In this document: positions 1 to 8,115 of the stretch, piece after piece
Numbering within the stretch: position 1 is the stretch's first letter
Layout of the letters: each line of letters opens with the position of its first letter
Assembly (NCBI GenBank): GCA_020012075.1
Contig: DWUP01000026.1
Coordinates: 1 to 45,094, forward strand
Length of the DNA: 45,094 nt
Direction of reading: 5' to 3'
Source of the DNA: Candidatus Avibacteroides avistercoris
Lineage (GTDB): Bacteria > Bacteroidota > Bacteroidia > Bacteroidales > Bacteroidaceae
Position numbers and translations under genes: made by a program
The notes under the pieces: generated by a model
Told to the model about the DNA's origin: nothing
What the model saw: only the letters and a program-made list of their open reading frames with translations
The model's database searches: none

Positions 1-66
1 TGACAAAGCGGACTCCCTGCCGCTGCAAGGAAGCCCGCCTCTCTGACAGTAAATGAATATTATAAA

Positions 67-741
67 TCAGAAATATATGCCGATTTTCAGCGTCAGCCCG
101 CCGAGCAAATCACGTACAAGGGTATATTTGCCATTCTGTATGTCCTCATAGTGCTTGTGGTTTTCATTGATGTTCTTACTGTGTGCCAAAGTGAAGTCAT
201 CGCCATTAAAACTATATATCTCAGCCGACTGGAGGTTGTAGCCCAATGCTATGTCAAAGCCAAATCCTTTTGTCACGCCGAGGTTCAATCCTATCGATGG
301 ACTGCAAAAGAAGCCGGTATTCTTGCCCAGCGAATAACCGGTCTTGAGGCCGACATAAGGACTTATCCGTGTGTCCAGCACATTCATCCTAATGTCAGCA
401 AAGACAGGGAAGAAAAACAAATCTTGCTCTTCGCCAAGATGCCTCTGAAAGCCTACTCCGGCACCGAGGAAAAAGTAGGGAGAGAAATTCCATCCATGAG
501 TCGTAGACATTGCAAACACCTTGTCACCTTTGCCATAAGGGGTTTCCATACCGACGACCCCACCCAGTTCCACAAATCCGCGATAGCCTCTTTCCGAATA
601 CCCCATGTGCAGGTCCGGCAAGTTCCGCTGCTCCACCACATAGGCAGACGGTTGGGGGACTGTTGCCTGATTGTCACTCTGAGCATGGACAGTTGTAATC
701 CCGCAAAGAGCAAGACAAGCCAATAAAAATGATTTTTTCAT
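67..741 (-). CDS. small outer-membrane beta-barrel protein (OmpA-barrel/porin-like family)
   Basis: ORF 67..822 trimmed to the ATG at 741, which gives signal peptide MKKSFLLACLALCGITTVHAQ. Gly/aromatic-rich alternating strand pattern. C-terminus ...LKIGIYF ends in Phe, as in OM barrels. Confidence 0.7.
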   Translation of the reverse strand: MKKSFLLACLALCGITTVHAQSDNQATVPQPSAYVVEQRNLPDLHMGYSERGYRGFVELGGVVGMETPYGKGDKVFAMSTTHGWNFSPYFFLGAGVGFQRHLGEEQDLFFFPVFADIRMNVLDTRISPYVGLKTGYSLGKNTGFFCSPSIGLNLGVTKGFGFDIALGYNLQSAEIYSFNGDDFTLAHSKNINENHKHYEDIQNGKYTLVRDLLGGLTLKIGIYF

Positions 742-1350
742 TTTGTTTTTGAATTTGTTCCCCTCGCCCCAGCGGAGAATTGCCAATATAAAAAAGGTGG
801 GGGCTTTATCTGCTTTACCCAACTCTCAGGCTTCTCGCATAGCCTCCACAATGGATAAAGCAACAGCTCCCACACTTTTAGACCTATGTAGACCGCCACC
901 ACGGCGGGCATACGTCCAAAGCACGGGTGCTATTGCAATTACCTTCATTGTGATCCAAATTTTGCGAGAATTTGAGAGTTGAAGATAATCTCAATAACAC
1001 CTTTCCGTGATATGTCTCCCCCCTCTTTGCATCGGGAGGCGGGACAAAAATATGACAAATGTGCATATTATCAAAGTGTGGCAAGGTAAAAAGCACGGCT
1101 CCGGGTTCAAACTTGCGGATGGAAGGACGCAAAGTTAAAGCACAGGTTGCATTTCTGTTTTTTACATACGGTGCCAATGGCATTTGCATACGACCATATC
1201 CGTCTTTGGGTACGGTGATAACGGACTTGGCATAGGATGCCATCGGCCGCAGGGTGCAATGGTGTGCAGGCCAACCCCGATGCCGGGAGGAAAATGCCGG
1301 ACTATGTGGCGTCGCGATGCCCGGTGCCATCCGGACATGCGCCTGTACAC

Positions 1351-1398
1351 GGAGCGAGCCCGCACGTCCCCAAGTGGGGAGGCGTGCGGGCTCGCTTC
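1351..1398. other. very stable GC-rich hairpin (16-bp + 6-bp stem) about 30 nt downstream of the DUF4293 gene
   Basis: GGAGCGAGCCCGCACG-TCCCCA-ag-TGGGGA-gg-CGTGCGGGCTCGCTTC read directly. There is no clear U-tract on either strand, so a terminator role is uncertain. Confidence 0.5.
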
Positions 1399-1427
1399 AG
1401 ATTCTGTTTGCCCTTCGCAGCGGGTTG

Positions 1428-1892
1428 TCAATCCCTCAGACGCATCGAGTTGGCATCTTTGAGGAGCTTGCGGTCGTGCTTTATGGCACGGATGGCCATT
1501 ATCGCCAGCACTATTGCGACGAGCGGGAGGCACAATGGCCAGTTGATGCGGCAGGTAGCTCCCGAGGCTTCGCTCAGTGACACCAGCACGAGTATCTGCA
1601 TGGCATAATAGCAGACGAGCATGATGATGAGCGTCACGCCCAAGGCTGTCTGGCGCGCGAGCCGCTTGAAGCTGAGGATTGCCCACACTGCCACCGCTGC
1701 CGCAGCAATGAGGATGGCTGCCGGCCACCAATAGGCGGCATCGTCCACCGGCGTTGATGCCCCGAGGGGTGTCACGGCCACCGGCATCGCGTCGCCTAAG
1801 GGCGACAATGTTCCGACGGTAACGAACGCCGTGACTGCTGACAGCACGGCCACGAGCAGGAGATATAGCGTCTGTATGCGCTGGATGACCAT
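1428..1892 (-). CDS. DUF4293-like integral membrane protein
   Basis: 154 aa with four hydrophobic helices. N-terminus MVIQRIQTLYLLLVAVL is typical of the DUF4293 family, which sits next to rpoZ/bamD in Bacteroidetes. Confidence 0.65.
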   Translation of the reverse strand: MVIQRIQTLYLLLVAVLSAVTAFVTVGTLSPLGDAMPVAVTPLGASTPVDDAAYWWPAAILIAAAAVAVWAILSFKRLARQTALGVTLIIMLVCYYAMQILVLVSLSEASGATCRINWPLCLPLVAIVLAIMAIRAIKHDRKLLKDANSMRLRD

Positions 1893-1899
1893 CGTCGCG

Positions 1900-2229
1900 T
1901 CAGATTTTGTCTATTTTTGCAGGATTGCGATAGAATATCTTGTGCTCGACATATTCTTGTGTGGCAATCAGTGTCGGCTTGGGGAGCTTCTCATAGTAGC
2001 GTGATATTTCGATTTGCTCCCTGTTTTCGAAGACTTCCTCAAGGTTGTCATTGCCTGTTGCAAACTCTTGCAGCTTTTTTGACAACTCTGATTTCATCTC
2101 TTGGGCAATCTGATTGGCGCGCTTGCCAATGATGGTTACAGTTTCATAGATGTTACCTGTGTCTTCGCACAACTCCATCAAGTCGCGTGTGACGGTGGTC
2201 AATGGCGCATTTGTCTTCTTGTAATCCAT
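1900..2229 (-). CDS. rpoZ: DNA-directed RNA polymerase subunit omega (Bacteroidetes type)
   Basis: 109 aa. Contains NIYETVTIIGKRANQI and EQIEISRYYEKLPKPTLIA motifs. Conserved position downstream of bamD. Confidence 0.75.
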   Translation of the reverse strand: MDYKKTNAPLTTVTRDLMELCEDTGNIYETVTIIGKRANQIAQEMKSELSKKLQEFATGNDNLEEVFENREQIEISRYYEKLPKPTLIATQEYVEHKIFYRNPAKIDKI

Positions 2230-2245
2230 TTTGTCGTTCTATGTT

Positions 2246-3049
2246 TTAATCGGTAATGTTCTTTTCAGAATTGTTGAATATGGTGGTTGCTTCCTTCAAA
2301 TACTTGCTCTCGGGATACTCGTTGATGAATGCATAGTATTCGTCCACCGTTTCGCGGTAGCGCTCCACCCTTTTGGACTCTATGCTGTGCTGGGCCATGC
2401 TGTATCGTGCACGCAGTATCAGCATCGACAGGTCTTCGCGCAAGTTGGTATAGGGGTAGTCTTTGAGCGCATTCTGCGCCGTGACAATGCAGGCTTCATA
2501 ATTATTGCCCATGTAGTCGCCCAAGTCATAGTAGAGCTTGGCTGCCAAGTAGTCCTTGTAGACCAGTTTGTCCTGCAACTCAAACTGCATCCGTTGCGCC
2601 TCTCCCTTGCGCGGGCTGTCGGGATAGTATTCCATGAAGAGTTGCAGTTCCTGTATTGCCGCATAGGTCTGCGTCTGGTCGAGCTGTGCCTCGGGACTGT
2701 CGAGATATAGCGACACACCTGAATAATATCGTGCCTCCTCGGCGAATGCTCCGCGGGGATAGGTGGTGTAATAGGTACTGAAGTATTGTGATGCCGTCAC
2801 ATAGTCCTTTTGTCTGAAATAAGTCATTCCCAACAAAAAGAGCGATTCTTCGGCATTGGCGGTACCTTTCATAAAATACACCAAATCTTCCAGCAAGGAC
2901 GCGGCCCTGCTGTAATTCCTCTTCATGTAGCTTTTCTTGGCCGTCTCATATTTGAGCTCACGGTCAAGGCTCTTGACCACCTTATTGTAACTATTGCATG
3001 AGACGAGCAATATGGCGATTATCAGTGCTGTGGAGATGCTTTTCAACAT
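2246..3049 (-). CDS. bamD: outer membrane protein assembly factor BamD (TPR lipoprotein)
   Basis: ORF 2246..3109 starts at TTG and was trimmed to the ATG at 3049, giving lipoprotein signal MLKSISTALIIAILLVSC. TPR-like repeats with the YxxA/Y pattern. A -7 box lies 16 nt upstream. Confidence 0.8.
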   Translation of the reverse strand: MLKSISTALIIAILLVSCNSYNKVVKSLDRELKYETAKKSYMKRNYSRAASLLEDLVYFMKGTANAEESLFLLGMTYFRQKDYVTASQYFSTYYTTYPRGAFAEEARYYSGVSLYLDSPEAQLDQTQTYAAIQELQLFMEYYPDSPRKGEAQRMQFELQDKLVYKDYLAAKLYYDLGDYMGNNYEACIVTAQNALKDYPYTNLREDLSMLILRARYSMAQHSIESKRVERYRETVDEYYAFINEYPESKYLKEATTIFNNSEKNITD

Positions 3050-3065
3050 ATCATGTAAATTGCTG

Positions 3066-3073
3066 CAAAAATA
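3066..3073 (-). promoter_or_regulatory. putative Bacteroidetes -7 promoter box TATTTTTG for bamD-rpoZ-DUF4293
   Basis: Minus-strand match to TAnnTTTG, 16 nt upstream of the bamD ATG, in the 105-nt gap after tamB. Confidence 0.4.
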
Positions 3074-3154
3074 GTCATTAGGGAAATAAGCACAAATTAA
3101 AAATATCAAATTGTAGCATAATTCCGGTTTTATAATTCGTGGCAGGACGCATCA

Positions 3155-6100
3155 TTATTCATTTATTGTCACGGTATCGGTCTTTTCGCGGTCTCTACGC
3201 TTCCATATCGAGAAATCAAACAGATCCCTGAAGTTGTCGAAATCACGCTTAAAGACGATGCCAAGGCCTTGCGTCGTCAATGTGGTCTTAGTATAATAGC
3301 GGTCGTTGGTACGATTGTAGGCTTTGAGACGGAAATTCCCCATCCTGTCAAGCAGATATTCCACTTCGAAGTCACCGACGAAATTGTTTTGAGACAGTGC
3401 ATTGTCACGGTAACCGAAGTTGCCGTTTATCAATAACCTATTATTCAGCAGCTGCCCTGACAGCATGCCCTCAAACTCGACATCTGTCCATCCGTCGCTC
3501 CCGGTGCTGAGATTAGTGCCGATATTCCAATTGTTGTTGTCTATGAGGTTGGAAAACATATTGTTCAATTGCCCCGAAATGGTCGATGAGAGGACTGAAC
3601 TAAGGGCATTTGAGCTTTGGTTCGTATTGTCGGCATTATATTCACTGACATAGAACTTGCCTATACTGAGCAGATAGAGTATTTGCATATTCATCTGTTC
3701 ATCAGTGCTTATGGCATTGAGCACCGTCCGCTGTACCTCTTCGCCTTCATTGGGCAGTTCAAGTCCCAACTTGATTTCGGGCCGCGTCAGCATACCCGAG
3801 AGGTTCATAGTACAATTTACCTTGACATTTGACTGCCCGGTCTGACTCACCACATCACTCCCCAAGTCTTGCAACGACACTGAATTGACCGTGTAATAGG
3901 CATCGATATCAAGATCGGCATTCAGCGGGCTGCCGTTGAAAGCGATACTGCTGCCGGAATTTATTATAAAATCCTTTCGTATCACCTCTTGTATGCTAAA
4001 CTTATATATGCCCTTGTCTATCGTATAATTGCCATACATCTTGACATCTCCCTTATTATAGTAGTCGATGCGTATGTTGCCGCTTCCCGTCCCTCCTATA
4101 TAATCACCGGCGGCACGATCCATGATAAGTTTGATATATATGCCCGGTGTGGCCTCGACATCGAGATTCAGGCGGACATCAGAAGATATTTTCTTGGTTT
4201 CCTCTTTTGTGATATAGTTTTGTCCGCGCGGAATGTATATCTGCTCGTTGCGCCGATAATTCGTTTTATCTACAAACGTGACAAATTGGTTATTGGTAGC
4301 AGTCGAAGTGCTATTGACAAGATATGAAAACGTGCTGTTTTGCCCCGTTCTCATACTGGCATTCACATTTGTAGTACCTGCACCGCCGTTGATGTTGAGC
4401 CGGCCACTGGCAAAAATCTTTCCATAAAAAGGAAAATCTATTGACTCCTGCCGGTCCATCACAAGCATATTGTCAATCGTGGCATTGACATCATAACGCA
4501 TATCCTTCAGATGAGTATGGAACAGGTTCACCGTGGCACGGCCGCGGTTGCCAAGCCCATCGGTCACCAATATATTGTCGAGGAATATCTTATCGTGCAA
4601 GAAATGGACCGAATCTGACGTACTGATATATGTATTGAGCAAATCTACCTTAAACTTAAACTTTTCAGCGACAGCATTTCCTGTCAGTGTTATGCCGCCT
4701 TTGAAAGGGCCTTTTATTCTTATTTCACCGCTGGCACGGCCGCTAATGTCCGATGAGATAGAAGCCATATACTTGCGAAGGAAACCGATGTCGGCATGTG
4801 ATGTCTTTATGGTTATATCCACGCTGCCGGGCTTTATAGGATAGACAGCCCCATTCACTTTGGTAAACGCCTTGCCATAATCGTCAATATCGGCATCAAT
4901 CAATATCCCGCGTTTTTCATTGTCCCATCCTCCTCTCAACTTCATATCCCCCAGCCTGCTGCCATTAAAGCAAAAGTTCATGACATCCATATCCGCATTG
5001 AGCCTCAAGGTGCTGAGTATGCCATTGGCATAGACCATGCCTGTCACATCACCGGAGAAGTCCACCACGCGCCTTATATTCGCAAGTTCAAATATATAAC
5101 TCATGTCAATCTTCCTTAGATCGACAAATACAGAGTCTTGCAAGTCATGGCTGATTGTGCCGTCAATGTCTATATATTGGTCCAGATGCTCGATACGGAA
5201 ACGTGATATGGCTACTTTGCCAGAATCAATGACAATCTTGGACGGCCGTACTGTCCAACAACTATCCTTGAGTATAAATCCACAATCATTGACCCCGACC
5301 TCTACCCTCACTTTGCCATCATCATGGCGCGACAGTCTGGTGTCGAGCGAAAGGTTGCCACTATAAGTCTCAGCCTTGTTATTGCCCCAGAACAAGTCAG
5401 TATTGACGCAGTCATTGGCCAGCGACGAATGCATGGAAACAGACATCACACTGCCATTCTTCATTGACACATTCGACCGGCAATATACGTCAAGCAAACC
5501 CATGACTGACGATTCTATTCTTAGCAGCGATGATTCAAAATGTTTGCCGGAATAATAGATTTGAGGCACGAAACAGTCCACACGCAGTTGATTGGACGTG
5601 TCATCAAGGTAACCGTTTGCCGTGATTTTCCCTCCATATATATTCACAGGCACGCCAAACACCTTGTTCAACAGTTCGGTGTCTATTACTTCAAAGCCAA
5701 ACCGGAAATCATTGCCTCCGCCATGCACGGCATCACCGGCTGAATGTCCTGCTATTGACGGCAAATAGCCGGCGGCAATGTTCCTAATGCTCTGGGGTAA
5801 ACGCGAAAAATAGTAATTGCCCTTGACATAAGCATTGAAGAAGTCAGAATTGACATACATAGACTTGCCCGACTCGGCATTGTCTACACCGACAGCAAAC
5901 GAAGAGCAATGATATGCCTCACCGCCCACTGTGAAATCGATGTCGTGCATCCCAATCTGGCCGGTAAAATCATCCACAGACAGCCCGGAGAATCCGGCAT
6001 CCATCCCCAAGGACAAACGGCCTCCACGATATCGTTCGTCCTTGATGATATTGAGGGCATAAAGGTCAAGGCCGTCGATTGACAACTTTGACATTACAGT

Positions 6101-7534
6101 GGGGACATCTCCCGATGCGGCATATTCGCCGGTGAAGTTAAGATTCACATTGGCATCATCGACCATCACGGCCGTCTGGTATGTCCTGTTGCCGGCTTTC
6201 GCAGTTATATATATATCATGGTATTCATAGCCACCAAACACAAGGCGGTGTATGTCCAGCTCGGAGTCTAACGCCAGCGAACTAATATTATTGACCGGAA
6301 TCACGGAGTTTAGGTGCAGGTCAAACGCAATGTCTGCCAATCCTGATTTGGGCAATAGGCTATCGACATGCATACAGTCTGTTCCGACATTGGCCGACTT
6401 GACATTCACATAACCGCTTCTGTCCAATCCGATGACAGAATTAAACGCCAAATCGCCTATTGACGATGCCACATCAAACTTTGCTGACATGTCCGAGTAA
6501 TTGCCACTCACCTCGCCTGTGACATCAATCACCTCCGGCATGATGACATTGTCCTTGTCGATTGGCAACATATTGAGGACAGAGGACGTAGCATGACATC
6601 TCTCGACCCGCGCGTATACCCCGACAGTGTCAAACGATGAAATAAAATGAAAGTCAAAATCATCATCAATCTGCAAATCAAGATGATGTATCTGCACAGC
6701 ATCACCACTACCGGTAAGTCTGGCACTGGCACGCAGCTCCCTGTCCATCCCGCCGAAATGCGTATCGAAATATGCCAAGTCATCGAGCTTCACACGCGTG
6801 TCGGAAATCTCTATGCCATAAGACGGAGAGGCCGGCGACAGTCTCATCAAGTCACCATCCCTATCCTCCAACCAGACTGAATCTACATTGAAGGCACTAT
6901 TGCCCACATCAATGACAAAATCATCGAGCAGCAGCCTGTTCTTATTTGCCCTGACCCGCAAGGTCGCTTTTTTCAGCCCTAAGCCGGACTGTTCCATAAA
7001 CTCAAGACGCCTGACATTGGCATTGAGTGAGTCTGAATTAAGCGTTTTCAACGATATATTGGCACTTATGTCCCTAAGCCTGATGTGTGACGGATTGAAA
7101 ATCCCCGGCGTTGAGTCAGCCGACATGACATCATAGGCCAATTGCCCCTTGCGCAGCAACACATAATTTATGCGCAAATCCGGAATCTTTTTGCCGCCGT
7201 CACCATTGCCTGCAAATTTGTCAATGATATATCTTATGTTAAGCTCGCTCCCCGGGGTGTCACGACGGAGCGATACGGTGAACCCGAATAATTGGACCGT
7301 GTTGATTCTCACTTTGCCACTGAACAGAGGCAATATGTCGAAGCTGACAGACAGCCTGTTGATGCTTGCTATTTGCTCACCCGAAGGCTCTTTGACTGTC
7401 ACTCCACGCAGCTGGATGCGGCTCAGCGTAGATATGTCTATCTCCTCTATGCCGACGTGTGAACCCAGCAAGGCCGAAAGTTCTTCCGTCGCCATATTTC
7501 CTATCCTGTGCTGCACTGCCGGTATACGCAGCAA
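3155..7534 (-). CDS. tamB: translocation/assembly module protein TamB (DUF490 C-terminus)
   Basis: 1459-aa beta-rich protein. N-terminal LRIPAVQ...LSALLG...IEEIDIS segment and C-terminal ...NGNFGYRDN...FRLKAYNRTNDRYY region are typical of TamB. The first canonical start is TTG at 7534, but the in-frame membrane anchor lies upstream, so the true start is probably near 7606 (see findings). Confidence 0.85.
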   Translation of the reverse strand: MLRIPAVQHRIGNMATEELSALLGSHVGIEEIDISTLSRIQLRGVTVKEPSGEQIASINRLSVSFDILPLFSGKVRINTVQLFGFTVSLRRDTPGSELNIRYIIDKFAGNGDGGKKIPDLRINYVLLRKGQLAYDVMSADSTPGIFNPSHIRLRDISANISLKTLNSDSLNANVRRLEFMEQSGLGLKKATLRVRANKNRLLLDDFVIDVGNSAFNVDSVWLEDRDGDLMRLSPASPSYGIEISDTRVKLDDLAYFDTHFGGMDRELRASARLTGSGDAVQIHHLDLQIDDDFDFHFISSFDTVGVYARVERCHATSSVLNMLPIDKDNVIMPEVIDVTGEVSGNYSDMSAKFDVASSIGDLAFNSVIGLDRSGYVNVKSANVGTDCMHVDSLLPKSGLADIAFDLHLNSVIPVNNISSLALDSELDIHRLVFGGYEYHDIYITAKAGNRTYQTAVMVDDANVNLNFTGEYAASGDVPTVMSKLSIDGLDLYALNIIKDERYRGGRLSLGMDAGFSGLSVDDFTGQIGMHDIDFTVGGEAYHCSSFAVGVDNAESGKSMYVNSDFFNAYVKGNYYFSRLPQSIRNIAAGYLPSIAGHSAGDAVHGGGNDFRFGFEVIDTELLNKVFGVPVNIYGGKITANGYLDDTSNQLRVDCFVPQIYYSGKHFESSLLRIESSVMGLLDVYCRSNVSMKNGSVMSVSMHSSLANDCVNTDLFWGNNKAETYSGNLSLDTRLSRHDDGKVRVEVGVNDCGFILKDSCWTVRPSKIVIDSGKVAISRFRIEHLDQYIDIDGTISHDLQDSVFVDLRKIDMSYIFELANIRRVVDFSGDVTGMVYANGILSTLRLNADMDVMNFCFNGSRLGDMKLRGGWDNEKRGILIDADIDDYGKAFTKVNGAVYPIKPGSVDITIKTSHADIGFLRKYMASISSDISGRASGEIRIKGPFKGGITLTGNAVAEKFKFKVDLLNTYISTSDSVHFLHDKIFLDNILVTDGLGNRGRATVNLFHTHLKDMRYDVNATIDNMLVMDRQESIDFPFYGKIFASGRLNINGGAGTTNVNASMRTGQNSTFSYLVNSTSTATNNQFVTFVDKTNYRRNEQIYIPRGQNYITKEETKKISSDVRLNLDVEATPGIYIKLIMDRAAGDYIGGTGSGNIRIDYYNKGDVKMYGNYTIDKGIYKFSIQEVIRKDFIINSGSSIAFNGSPLNADLDIDAYYTVNSVSLQDLGSDVVSQTGQSNVKVNCTMNLSGMLTRPEIKLGLELPNEGEEVQRTVLNAISTDEQMNMQILYLLSIGKFYVSEYNADNTNQSSNALSSVLSSTISGQLNNMFSNLIDNNNWNIGTNLSTGSDGWTDVEFEGMLSGQLLNNRLLINGNFGYRDNALSQNNFVGDFEVEYLLDRMGNFRLKAYNRTNDRYYTKTTLTTQGLGIVFKRDFDNFRDLFDFSIWKRRDREKTDTVTINE

Positions 7535-7632
7535 TACATAAAATGAGAAGTATATGCAGAAACAAAGGATTAGGACTGTCAGGATTATGTTCCTTACATA
7601 TTTTATACGGCAAGCCTCCTTTCAGAAAAAGT

Positions 7633-8115
7633 CTAATATTCCACTTTGTCGGCCTTAGCCTCCCATTCTCTGAAAGCTGCTATGGCTTCATCGCCGAGGA
7701 TGCGTTCAGATGGCAATTGCCGGCATCCCGGCGGCAGGTCAATCTCGTCATAGATAAACGAATCGTCAAATCCTATAGCCTTGGCATCCTCTTTGGTATT
7801 GCCATAGTACACCTTGTCGATATGTGCCCAATAGATTGCACCGAGACACATCGGGCAAGGCTCGCAAGAGGTATACAATACGCATCCGCTCAAATCATAC
7901 GACCCTAAAACTTTAGCACCGCACCTAATGGCATTTACCTCGGCGTGTGACGTCGGGTCACATTCTATGGTAACGCGGTTTTCTCCCCTTGCTATCACAA
8001 CGCCGTCTTTCACCAATACCGCGCCAAAAGGCCCGCCGCCTTTGCGCACGCTGTCGATTGACAAAGCAATCGCTTCCCTCATGAAGTCTTCGTCACACAT
8101 ATCCATTTCGTTCAT
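7633..8115 (-). CDS. nucleoside (guanine-type) deaminase, CMP/dCMP deaminase zinc-binding fold
   Basis: HAEVNAI and CEPCPMCLGAIYWA zinc motifs. C-terminal GFDDSFIYDEID closely resembles B. subtilis GuaD as I recall it. 4-nt ATGA overlap with the fbp stop. Confidence 0.8.
   Translation of the reverse strand: MNEMDMCDEDFMREAIALSIDSVRKGGGPFGAVLVKDGVVIARGENRVTIECDPTSHAEVNAIRCGAKVLGSYDLSGCVLYTSCEPCPMCLGAIYWAHIDKVYYGNTKEDAKAIGFDDSFIYDEIDLPPGCRQLPSERILGDEAIAAFREWEAKADKVEY

Noticed and set aside
1270-1330. GGGAGGAAAATGCCGGACTATGTGG superficially resembles the RNase P RNA P4 region (GAGGAAAGTCCGGGC). I also looked for tmRNA, cobalamin and TPP riboswitch signatures in the gap.
   Set aside because: The near-invariant GAAAGTCCGG is disrupted. 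I found no matching ACAGAACCCGGCTTA-like 3' strand, no tmRNA ends, and no B12 box or TPP CTGAGA/ACCTGA pair in the right arrangement. This needs cmsearch to settle.
884-1731. ORFs of 92-189 aa on both strands lie in and around the 823-1427 gap.
   Set aside because: The composition (Arg/Pro/Cys/His-rich) is not protein-like. They overlap each other, the GC hairpin and the DUF4293 gene. There are no motifs.
7633-8115. The deaminase might be tRNA adenosine deaminase TadA, which would be relevant to the tRNA-Arg(ACG) genes in the window.
   Set aside because: The C-terminal GFDDSFIYDEID segment and overall similarity point to the GuaD-type guanine deaminase subgroup rather than TadA. It is called only as a nucleoside deaminase.
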